This document shows, piece after piece, positions 25,560 to 37,639 of a DNA stretch of 64,000 bases; positions within the stretch are counted from its first letter, which is position 1; each line of letters begins with the position of its first letter. The DNA is taken from positions 37,065,210 to 37,129,209 of the forward strand of contig NC_068981.1 in NCBI RefSeq assembly GCF_001194135.2. Direction: 5' to 3'. A program made the translations under genes and the position numbers. The notes beneath the pieces were generated by a model, which saw only the letters and a list, made by a program, of their open reading frames with translations, searched no databases and was not told the DNA's origin. Origin of the DNA: Octopus bimaculoides (lineage: Eukaryota).

Positions 25560-26299
25560 AAGGAAGAAAGAGAGGCAGAGAGATTAACAGGTGAAGATAT
25601 AGATTGATGTAGAATGAATAAGAGATAGAACGATGGAAGGACATAGAACAAAACATAAATATTGTGAGTGAGAAGTGTCAGAGAAAGAAAAGGGGGAATA
25701 AAAAGAGATGGAGGGACAGATTGTTATAGATTTAAAAAAAAAAAAAAATACAACTTATGATAAATACAAATTGAACTGTTAGTGTTTATGAAATAATACA
25801 AAACCATAATATGACAGTATGTGGGTGGAGGCATGAAAATCATTGAAATTTGATGAAAGCTATCCATTTAAATATATGTATGAATATGTGTGTAAGTTTG
25901 TGTATGGGTATGGAAAGAGATATTTTAAATGCATTTATACCAAAATAAATAGAATGACACTCAAATGAATATATATGTGTGTTTTGTATGTGTGTCTGTA
26001 ATTATGTGTATGTGTATATGCATGTATATATGTATGAGTATATGTATGTAGGTTTGTGCTTTATGAGTGTCCATATCTCCTAAACTCCCATATACACATA
26101 CACTTACATATGCATACATGTGTAAATATCTAATTAGAAATGTATGTAGACGTGGATGTAGTGAAATACTCCAAAATGATGGATTGAGAGTTCATATTCT
26201 TTTCGAAAAGTTGTTAAGTAGATAACGATGCAGAATAATTGTATTTAATTTTAATGTGAAACCTTCTGAAACTGATTGAGCAGAAGTGTTGGGAGATAG

Positions 26300-26900
26300 A
26301 GTATTGTGTTAAATTAAGAGACATAAATAGGGAGAGATATAATTGGCAAAGTTGCAACAAGATTTGAAGTTAATACTGTCAGTGGTTGGCTTTGCACAAG
26401 CACAGAATAAGATCCTGTAGAATACGGTTCTAGACCAATGGGAGAATGTATTGTTCTGTTTTCTGAATGCCAGGTCTGGAATAAAGGGCCATAGCTATGG
26501 CTATCTGTGACCTGTGAGATTGATACCATTAATGTTCTGCTTAAAGTGATGCTAGTAGACACTTGCAAGTAGAACATGAGCAAAGAGGACTGACATTCTA
26601 ATGGTGAAAGTACTGGATGTATTGATTAATACAGAGTCTGGTGATGTTGATCACAACATGAGTGATAGAGCATGAGAGAAAAGTGAGTGCAGATTACCTA
26701 AGTGAAAATATCATGAGCTCAACAAGCTCTGAAGAACAGCAGCCATCTCGAAGGTTGTTGGATGGGAAATACAGTGTATATATAGTGGTGAGAGGAGAGA
26801 AAGTTTAAATGAATGTGATGAGGTAGAGTTGGTATACAATGAGTAACTCCAGAAAAGCATTGAGCATTTTTTTTAAGAATAGTAAAAACTTTAGTAGTAA
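26300..26900 (+). mobile_element. Possible decayed RTE endonuclease fragment
   Basis: GC content is above background, with partial resemblance to the 45.7-kb segment (LKLILSVVGFAQAQ). The match is weak. Confidence 0.35.
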
Positions 26901-28033
26901 ACAAGTTTAAGGTAAATACTAAACACAAGAGCATTAGACCAAATTTTATCATTGTTCTTGTTTTATGATGATAGTACACAGGGCTACACCATGAAGATAA
27001 TGTGCAACAAACTGACTAAATGAGGACTCATATCTATTCACAATTCACTGAAACAACTCTCAGCTGCTGAATTTACAGAGCTCTAAACATGAGACAGAAA
27101 CCAACATTCTTGGTAATATTAATATTCGATTCTTTAATAATCTATTCTTCTATTCTTTAATACTTTATTGTTTGATAAGTGTTAACACACAAAACTCTTG
27201 GCTCTTGAGTCACTCTAAATAGTAATAAAAAATATAATTTATTCTTTCTTTGTGTGTCAAGTTATATTTCTCCTGTTCTGTTTCTGATAGGCCAGAATCC
27301 TTATCTAAGAATCATTTCATATCTTCTCCATAAGAGCTTGTTTTATAATTTCTTGTGGGTTGGAAACAGATTAGGTTTTAATATTGTTTCACACATTTTC
27401 ATTTTCATGTTATTCATTGCTCTTTGTGTTGCAGTCAACATATGTGATAAGTAGTTTGGGTTAATCTTGCTTCTCTGTTAATCTGTAAACACTTAAAAGA
27501 ACATATATGAAACACTGGCTCGAATGATTTAGAAACAAATATACTTAAATATGGACAAATCTAAATTTCCTAATAGCCAGTTTTGCTGTAAATGCATTTA
27601 AAGGACTTTAAGTCTGGTGAAGAAATCATCAGTGAAATTATGCTTTCTTGCAGTTATAATCTAAGGTAACAAAATTTATTCATTTTGCATCACATTTGTT
27701 GGATTAATAATCAATTATTCTGCTTTAGCATTTCGACACATATATGTGTAAAAATCATGTCCAACTCATATGTTTCACCAAAACTTTACTGTTGATAAAT
27801 AATTTTTTGGAGGAGAGTTAGCCTTATAAAATTTACTAGAAAAAACAAAAAAAAAAACAGAGCTATAATTTTCAAAACGCATACTTTGAAAACAAAATAT
27901 AATTTTCAAGACATCATTAAGTACAAATAGATGCCGATATCTGCAATTATATCTTTTACTAATCTATATGAATAGAACATTTTTCATTCTGTGGAGCTCT
28001 TTCCTTCCCTATGAGTTTATGCATACACGCACG

Positions 28034-28082
<49 letters not shown>

Positions 28083-28267
28083 ACTACATACATATATGCA
28101 CCTCTTCATCCACCAATCCATCCATCCATCTGTCCATCCATGCATGTATGTATATATACATATACATCCATCCATACATATATATNNNNNNNNNNNNNNN
28201 NNNNNNNNNNNNNNNNNNNNNNNNNNNNNNNNNNNNNNNNNNNNNNNNNNNNNNNNNNNNNNNNNNN

Positions 28268-28332
<65 letters not shown>

Positions 28333-28773
28333 TGTTAGTATGTATGTACTTATATACATATTTATCTATGTTAGTGTTTATAAATTTTATGCACAAAGGA
28401 AGAAACTATCAGTTTCAAGATTCACTCAGTGAATAAAAGACTGAATAACTCTCATTATTTCTGTCAAATTTCTGGGTGACACTACTACCTTTAATGATAT
28501 TTATTTAACAATACCAGAATGTTTACTTTAAATATTCTAAATTGAAATTTATTGCCTAGTAATATTTCTCACAATAATATAATGTAGATAGTGAGATGTT
28601 TTCTTGCCAATTTTGGTTCATTTTTCAATAAAATATTGTTGTCCAATATTGTTTCTTAGAACAATATAGTTGAAGTGGGCAGAAGTTCCACTGACCCTTG
28701 TTGTTTATTAATTTTTATTGCTTTTAATTTATGAACTTACACATTATGTATATATATATACATACATACATAA

Positions 28774-28840
<67 letters not shown>

Positions 28841-29005
28841 TATATATTTGTATTATATTATATATACATATATGCACATTCATATATATATATATACATA
28901 TATATATAATGTACATATATGCATATATAAGTATCTATGTATATATGCATATATATATGTATATATATGTATATGTATATATATATGTATGTATGTAAGT
29001 ATGTG

Positions 29006-29045
<40 letters not shown>

Positions 29046-29528
29046 TGTTCACTCATGTGCACAAACACACACAGAAACACGTTCATATATGTGTATGTGA
29101 TACTTTTCAAGTTTCTTTTTTTTTTGTATTTGAGTTAATTTATTTTGGGGAAACATAATTTGAAACATAAGTTGAAGATGAATTAGAAGAGACTGACATT
29201 GGCAACTATGGAAAATTGATATACTTACATTTATTTCCCTATATTTCTATCAAATATAACTGAGTGCACATTATTATCACTGTCAGTTTTATAATGATGG
29301 CGATGTTGATGGTGATCATATTTGTAAGAAATATTATTATTAATATTTGTTTTTAATAATCATTATTATATACTCTTCTTATTGTTTTTCAATCAACATT
29401 ATTTATATTGTCCTCCTTATCCTCCTTCCCTTCCATTTTTCCGTTCCTTTTCCTCATTATTATCACAACCAACGTTATTTCTTCCTCTTCATCACCCCCA
29501 TAATCATTGTAGCTGTCATCATCATCAA

Positions 29529-29564
<36 letters not shown>

Positions 29565-30089
29565 TGTCGTCGTCGTCGTCATCATTGTCGTCGTCATCGT
29601 CGTCGTCATCATTATCATCATCATCATTCAATCAATCAATCATTTATATAATACAATCATTCAAAATGAAAATAACTGGTGTTATGTGCAAAAAAGAAAA
29701 ATTCTAAAGAAAGATGAAGGTTTTTTTTTTATAACTTGCATTTAGAGATAAAATATATTAAATAATAATAGAAAAAAAAAGCAGAAAAGTTTTCACTATA
29801 TGTTTCAGTTTTTCAGTAAAGTCTGTGGACAATATTATTATATTTTAATATTTTTTTTATTATTATTTCAATGAAAATACATAGAAGTCTGAAGTATATC
29901 ATATGTTTTATAAGTAAAAAAGTCTAATATATTGCTTACACTTGATAATGTTAAAATTGTTGAGAAATTTCTTGCCAATTTTAGTATATATTTCAATGAT
30001 GTAGTGTTCAGTAACATTTTCATTATAATTATGTATGTAAATTGGTCAAAAACGTTTTCCTAACTATAATGAAATCTACATTAAGTTGT

Positions 30090-30380
30090 GATATCAATAT
30101 GGGTATGGGATTAAACAAATGTGCCAAAAACTACTTAAAGAAGAAGAGGAATGGTAAAATTGAACGCATCATCAATATAAATGTAGACACACTGAAATCA
30201 GAGACTTAGAATAGAACCACTTACTGATAATTAGAGACAGATAAAACTGACGTAAAATACAGAAATGAATGAGGACATTAGGAAGAAATATTGCAGAAAA
30301 GTTAAACTGATTTTATAATACGAAGCTGATGGCCAGAAATAAGATTATATGCATAACAATACTGCCTTTCACTGTTATCA
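30090..30380 (+). mobile_element. Decayed R4/Dong-type RT C-terminal fragment
   Basis: DINMGMGLNKCAKNYLK resembles the DI.M.FGL.KC motif. Frameshifted afterwards. Confidence 0.5.
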
Positions 30381-30468
30381 AAATACAACTTCAATATATG
30401 AAGGTGAAAGTTAACTGAAGAGACTCAACAGGAAATCAAGAAGACTACATTCACTGCATTCCAAAGCC

Positions 30469-30510
<42 letters not shown>

Positions 30511-31320
30511 GTGATGGTGGTTATGACGACAACAACATTGACAACAATAATGCTGATGACAATGGTGATGAAGATGGTGATGATGAGGATGGTGATGATG
30601 ATGAGGATGATGATGTTGATGATTGTGATGAATCAACATGGATTTTTAAAAAATAATCCATATTGATTAAAGGAAATCAATATTGATTAAAGCAAATCAA
30701 TATTAATTAATAGAAAAAAAATGATGGAAAATAAACAACTTTATGTCAAATACACAACACAGATTAATAAACTTCACTGTGACTTTGCTGTTATCCACCT
30801 ATCACCAAGCAGCAGGAAATTAAAGATGCAATCAGAGAGCTTTTAGTTGCAGATCAGGATCGCTGACTCTAAACTTGTAATTACCATAAAACAAAACACT
30901 CTAAAAAGTAATATAAAAACTTGTAAGTATGCTGTCATTTGCTGAAAAAGAAACATTTGACCACATACAGTACTTGCCAAAAGAGAGTGGAGTGTATTCA
31001 CAAGCACAACCATGTAACCGGGTGCCTTCTCAGGTTAATTCCCAGTCACTGGAAAATGGTTGTTACAGGGAAGAAAGGTAGAATTTTAGTCTTTGGTTAA
31101 GTTTCAGTCATTCACCTGAGATCATGGAGAAGCACTGCATTCAGGATTCAAGTCTTTTAGTTAATCAAATGATAGTCGATCAGTGAAATTAAGTTGGTTG
31201 GTATTTGTTTTTATTGTACCTATTTATTGAATTACTAAGTTGACATAAAAGGATGCAACTTGACACATGATTAGTAAAAGTAAAACCAAATACGACACAT
31301 ACATAGAAATATTCATGATG

Positions 31321-31380
<60 letters not shown>
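31321..31380 (+). repeat. (TAC)20 microsatellite
   Basis: Read directly from the sequence. Confidence 0.95.
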
Positions 31381-31804
31381 CATTCTGGCCATCACTTGGA
31401 ATTGATGATAACTTGCTACATGCACCAGATTTTGCTGATTGTTTTAAATATCTATAAAGTCAAGAGCAGACATGGGTACCCTCTCAATCTCCTTCTCCTT
31501 AACCCAGCAAAAAATTCAGGATGTGAAAGCTGAAAATAGTGCAACAGCATTTGGCCAATATTCATTTCAGCTGAGTATACTGAATCAGCATAAAATGAAG
31601 TTCCTTGCTCAAGAATCAAACCTACGACTTTATGACTATGAACACCAAATCCTAACTAGTGGGTAAGTGTTTTCATGCATACATACACTCTCTCTCTCTC
31701 TTTCTCTCTCTTTCTCTGGCATACATACACACACACATACATAAAATACTCACACACACACACACACATATGTACATAGTGAGCTTCATCACAGTTTCTG
31801 TCAA

Positions 31805-32765
31805 TCAGGTGCAGGCATGTCTGTGTAGTAAAATATTTGCTACCCAACCACATAGTTTCAAGTTCAGTCCTACTGCATGGAATCTTGGGCATGTTTTCTA
31901 CTATATCCTTGGGCTGACAAAAGCCTTTTGAGTGGATTTGATAGATAGATGGAAACTAAAAGATGTCTGTAGTATATGTATAGATCTATATATCATCATC
32001 ATCATCATCATCGTTTAACGTCCGCTTTCCATGCTAGCATGGGTTGGACGACTTGACTGAGGACTGGTGAAACCGGATGGCAACACCAGGCTCCAATCTA
32101 AATTTGGCAGAGTTTCTACAGCTGGATGCCCTTCCTAACGCCAACCACTCAGAGAGTGTAGTAGGTGCTTTTATGTGTCACCTGCACGAAGGCCAGTCAG
32201 GCGATACTGGCAACGGCCACGCTCGAAATGGTGTCTTTTATGTGCCACCTGCACAAGCCAGTCCAGGGGCACTGGCAACGATCTCGTTCGAAAATCCTAC
32301 GGAAGCCAGTCAGGCGGTACTGGCAACGGCCACGCTCAAAATGGTGCATCTCATGTGCCACCCGCACAAGAGCCAGTCCAGGGGCACTGGCAACGATCTT
32401 ACTTGGCTTGCCTGGTCTTCTCACGCACAGCACATTTCCAAAGGTCTCGGTCAGTAGTCATCGCCTCGGTGAGGCCCAATGTATGAAGGTCTTGCCTCAC
32501 CACATCAGCCCAGGTCTTCCTGGGCCTACCTCTTCCACGGGTTCCCTCAACTGTTAGGGTGTGGCACTTTTTCACGCAGCTGTCATCGTATCTTTGTTTG
32601 TTCCCCATCACGCTTGACAACTGGCTATGTCCTAGTAACTTAGCAGTTCAGCAAAAGAGTTAGTACCAGGCTTGAAAAAAGTACTGGAGTCAATTCTTTC
32701 AACAAAATTTCTTCAAGTCCCAATATGGCTGCAGCCTAACTGAAACAAGTAAAAGATCAAAGATA
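31805..32765 (+). mobile_element. Same SINE family, split by an RTE 3' fragment: head 31805-31975, tail ~32595-32765
   Basis: Head GGCATGTCTGTGTAGTAAAATATTTGCTACCCAACCAC...AGTTCAGTCC. Tail CCCCATCACGCTTGACAAC...CTGAAACAAGTAAAAGA. Confidence 0.75.
31994..32590 (-). mobile_element. RTE-clade LINE 3' end (ORF C-terminus, tandemly repeated 3' UTR, (GAT)n tail)
   Basis: CVKKCHTLTVEGTRGRGRPRKTWADVVRQDLHTLGLTEAMTTDRDLWKCAV is the RTE C-terminal G.R.RGRP.K.W motif. It ends CCCATGCTAGCATGGAAAGCGGACGTTAAAC(GAT)n. Confidence 0.9.
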
Positions 32766-33715
32766 CCAATTGCCACTCACAATCTATTAGTAAACATGAG
32801 GCTACAATAGCCTAGTACTTATGGATATATTTTAGAATTATAGACTAGAAACAGTTTAGTAAACATTAGAATGGTATCTAGGTATAATATTGTCACTATA
32901 CACATTAAAGACAAGGACAGTAAACCAGAAAAATATAAATTTTATTAGGATACATATTCGATGTTGCAATATTTTTGTGTTCAAACGACCATATCTCTTA
33001 ATAGCCTCCCTTAAAGCATAGGGATTTAACACGTTTTAGATCTCAACAGATTCTGACAAGATTTAAACCTCCTAATGTGTAAGAGCTGAGATTTTTGTAT
33101 ATCAAAGCAAGATCTACATATTGAGGGCTGTAGCTTTATGTTCTTTAATCATCAAAAATTAAACATAGCTGAAAGGCTGCAATAGTATTAATGGTGTTAC
33201 CCTAGCATTCCACGTTTCACTAGATGCAACTAGTAAAGAAAAGTAAAAATAAAATATATCAACCAAGAAAATGGAATTACAGACATTTTTACAAAAGCTT
33301 TTTGATAAATATTTTGTCATAATCAGAAGGAAAAGACAGTTGTTGTATGTACTGGAATAAAAGCTACTTGAGTGGTTTTTGTCAAGATAAGGACGTAAAT
33401 AAAGAACAAAAGAGGGCAGAAGGAAATAGCTGAAGTAGAGATTACAACAGATGATCCTAGAAGTCATTTTCCATGCACTAGTGCTCAAAATTATGAGGCT
33501 AGCTAGAACTATCTTCAATATCAGGAGTCAACGAGAAAATAGAGTTCCAAGAAATAGAAGATTCTCTTCTTCCAGCATAGGACCAGGAAAATAATGCTAT
33601 AAGCAATAACAACATCATCTTATCCCTTCCCCTGAAAGTTGCTTACCTTGGGCACAAATCAGAAATCCTTATTATTATTACTATAAAGTATCAACATATT
33701 ACAACCGATATCCAG

Positions 33716-33802
33716 CAGAACGTCCTTTTTGCTCTCCATTTATCTTCTCTCAGTAATACAATGGGCACTGCCCCTCTCAATTAGCTGTTTACAACTTTCA
33801 TG
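33716..33802 (+). mobile_element. Highly decayed PLE-type RT motif
   Basis: QNVLFALHLSSLSNTMGTAPLN*LFTTFM resembles N.F.F...Y.Q..G.AMG....FA..FM. Confidence 0.4.
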
Positions 33803-35899
33803 ATTCCCTCCTTCTTGACATCTCATTATGTGCTACATTCTTCGGCACTGACTGCTTTGTCCAGTTATTCTCCCCCAGAGTTTCAACATTCTGGATTTTC
33901 CTTTATGCTTACATTTTACTGCAAATATCGATTTACAGATGCGTTTTCAAACATAAAAATTAACTTCACTAGTCTTACCTGTCATTGAAAGCCTACAAAT
34001 ATAATGGGCCCATCTCTTCCTTCTCTATTTAATAAAAGAAAAACTAGGGTAATTTCTAATACATCCCTTATCACAAATAATATAATAGAGGCAGTATGAT
34101 ATCCAATATGCTTTTCAGCCTGAAACATTCTGTAAGTCATTTAATGTTTTGTTCATTCTATTATTGATTTCCTGCTTAATATAATATAATAATTCCTGCA
34201 GTAGTTTATTTGCTCCCTTTTATGTGCTGTTTTGATCCCATTTTATAATTAGTTATTTCCTCTCTCTATTATGTAAATTGTATCAATTGTATTTTTACAC
34301 TAAATATCATAAACCACTTTTTATCGACAACCTGCGAAGGTAGAATGTAATATTGTAAATGTAATATCTTTTGCATTTATATCATTAAGAGTCAAAGAAA
34401 ACCTCTCTCACTAATTGTGTACTAAATGCACAAAGACATATACACACTTGTAAATGCACACACAGAAACATACACACATACACTCGAGTGAGCGTACAGA
34501 CACACAGATATTGAAGGGATTGGAAGGTCCAGCGCTTCAGAGAGACCAGTGGTTTCCTTTTTGGTGAGAGTCTTTGGACAAGTCTGGAGAGTCAAGCCCG
34601 AGATAAAATCTTTAGCTTTTGTCACTTATTGAATTTTTCAATCACCACAAATTTTTGCTCTATAAATGTATTGGATGGAGGTGACATACATATTACACAG
34701 GCAACATGGGAAAGAAACTATAACACTGACCATCAAATGCTTCAATCCAAGATTGCTTTCACAGTAGCCCTCTAATGGAACTTATAAATCCATTAAACTA
34801 GCAATGGAGAATTTGGTGTATAGGAATGTAAAGTGTACTCTGGAAAGGGATATAAATGAGGTTCAGGGTTCATGAGAAAAAGTGAAAAAACAGGAAGTAT
34901 AAATGAACGATGGTCTTCGCTTTCCGCAATGCTATATGACACAGGACAATGCTTAGGAAAACCAACTTGAAAACATTAACACTGTACTCATTGTGAAAGT
35001 ACCACTACTAGAGTAATTTATCCAAGCTTGACTGAAATGCTTCCAGGCTCCCAACACTCGTTCAAACATTACTAAATTCAGAGAAGCCTGAAGATTGCAA
35101 TAATACACATGCAAAAATTTGAAGTGGTGGGAAAAGAAAGCATCACCAAAGTAGCAATGTGCTACATGTACATAGTCCATTTTGGACAATTTAACATTAA
35201 CTAGAAGATTTCGGTACATTCTTGGTCAAAGGTAATTTTTCATCATTAAAAATAAAAGGAGTTTAGAGAAAATCACTTGCATGAATTTGGATAACAAAAT
35301 TAAGATGTACTGAATGCCAAACACAACAACTTCTGAATTTATAAAAATTTCCCTTATTGTCACAGGAGTATAATGTATTAAATTGACTACAACTGATCAG
35401 AGGAAGTATGAAAAAACTAGGTTAATGTGGCCAAATTGAATCAGCAAAACATTATTCATGGTTGTCTTTCACTTCTGAAACAAACATCAAATTATCCTTT
35501 TTCTTAAGCATTTTTGATCATTCTTGAATATATTCTTAATTACTTGAAATTCTTTCTCTTTCTTATCTAGCAGTGCAAACAATTGCCACAGAGTTTTTGT
35601 TTTCTTTCTTTCTTTCATAATGAAAATTTCAATAAATTAATAATCTCTCATGTATTCTATTCAATATACTCTCCATCACATTATATATGTATGTGCCTGT
35701 GCATGGTTGTACTTTAAGATGACCATACTGCTAATAAACACATGCATTTATTATATTGCACTTCAGGTTTAGTTTCATTGTTATTTTTTGTCACACTATT
35801 GCAAAATTTTCACCAATTCCAAATTCTATGATTTATTATGTATGGTATGTAGACAAGCATTATCAACATAGTATCATGTTTGTGAATGGATATTGTCGC

Positions 35900-36750
35900 A
35901 TTACAAATTTGGTTGCATTGTGTCTGTTTTTATTTCCATTTGCTTAGTTTTACCTTTATTGATAGCAACAAAAAGACGTGATAAGAAATCATTCTTGTAT
36001 GCATCCATCCCGTTAAACATGAAAGCACATATTAAGTTTCATCCGCTACATGTAAAGCTTTGGGTAGAACTGATGGAACCAATCAGAATGTGTAGAGAAG
36101 GTAAGAGAAAGTCTATTCCTTACTTCCACTAGATATCAACCATTGTCATTCAATGATAGAAATGGAAAGTGTCATATCCAGGAGAAAATTTTTGAACAGG
36201 TTTGAAATATAAAGAAAGGAAGCAGTATGGCACTCTCGTGGATGATACACCCACGAGCAAGATATCTCATAAATTTAAGAAAATGCCATACGGAATAAAA
36301 CTTAATATCAGAGAAACAGGATTTCCATTGAGTATGTAAATTATACTCTTCAAAAAAAAAAAAGAAAACCTTATATACTGGTAACACTGCAGAATGTGAA
36401 AATTCCCAATCCACAGATGACCAGCAAAACTAGGGATATAATGTATCACATGACGTGCATAGAGGAGTAGTGTAAGGATACCATTAAAATCTATATAGAA
36501 GAGACAACAAGGAGTACAACTGAAAGGATTGGAAAACACAGGTATGAATACAATAAAATGAAACAGATATTCATACTCAATGAAAATACCATATCAATAA
36601 ACAATGCATCAATAAACAATGTTGAAATAAAAATTCTTCCCAAAGATCCAAAAGATGTTACTGAACCAGAACACAAACTGGATGTAGTTTCTGTTTCCAC
36701 ATACACCTTTAATATAAAGAATAGATAGAGTAACAACTTCACAACCAAAA
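35900..36750 (+). mobile_element. Degenerate Penelope-like element (RT thumb + GIY-YIG)
   Basis: KAHIKFHPLHVKLWVELMEPIRMCR resembles the PLE thumb (F.S.HP.H.K...R..R.C). 36417-36728 reads MTSKTRDIMYHMTCIEE*CKDTIKIYIEETTRSTTERIGKHRYEY, a GIY-YIG pattern (Y.I.C..C..YIGET.R...R..H). Confidence 0.75.
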
Positions 36751-37551
36751 CCCACCAACTACTGTCATAGTGGTAGAAGTAAAATGATAAAATAAAAATT
36801 TGTCATCACGCACATAAAGCACAGTCGCACATCTACAAACTATATACATATATACATAGGCTAGAGACTGTAAACACATTCATATGTCAGCACCAAAAAA
36901 AAAAAAAAAGAAAGAAAGAAAGAAATAAAAACTCGCACAATAGAATCAAAACATCTGTAGAACAACAGACTCAAAAGTTTTGACAATATATATATATGTC
37001 ACTTGGCCAAATAAAATAGACAAGAAAGAAAATAGGTTCGAGAATTTGAAATCATTGAAAAGGTTACAGTATTGTAACAAAAAATTTATGACAAAATTTA
37101 TCAATAAATCTTAACTACAATTTATGCATGTGTTCATTGGTAGTAAACCTATTCCAAGGTACAATATTGGCTTTAATACAGTATCATATAGAAATTTTGC
37201 AAAACAAATTCAGGATGATATGGGTGCGTATCTATATATTTATAGATGGATACATACATATCAATACACACACATATATAAATACAAATAAATACATATA
37301 TATACATATATATACATACACACACACACATAGATGGATTGAAGTTCCATTGCTTTCTGTGTAAGTAACTTTTATTTATCCTCTATGTAGTATAGTTTAA
37401 AATCTATCAGATAATCTGCAGCCTTCTCTTTCTAGTAACGATGTTAATAGAGAAATTTTCAATAATTGTCTAAGTAAACCAATATCTATGCCTATGCAAA
37501 TCAGTGGCTTCACAGAGATGTACATTCCTGTGTGCGTTTATATATATATAC

Positions 37552-37600
<49 letters not shown>

Positions 37601-37639
37601 TATAAATATATATATACTTTATTTAAAAGTTATTACTTT

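Noticed and set aside
32077-32557. 103-130 aa ORFs with repeated peptides
   Set aside because: They are antisense translations of the tandem RTE 3' UTR.
33980-34025. Minus-strand 46-bp exon-like segment (RRKRWAHYICRLSMT) with good splice sites
   Set aside because: The next candidate exon hits a stop after ~28 codons and lies antisense to a PLE relic; no supporting gene model.
35948-36331. Apparent two-exon host gene (35948-36100 and 36200-36331) with good splice sites and matching phase
   Set aside because: The peptide matches a Penelope RT thumb and continues into a GIY-YIG at 36417, so a decayed PLE explains it. Exonisation cannot be excluded without RNA data.
36950-36990. CTGTAGA...AAAAGTT as a possible hammerhead after the plus-strand PLE
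   Set aside because: Too many substitutions are needed and no convincing helices are present.
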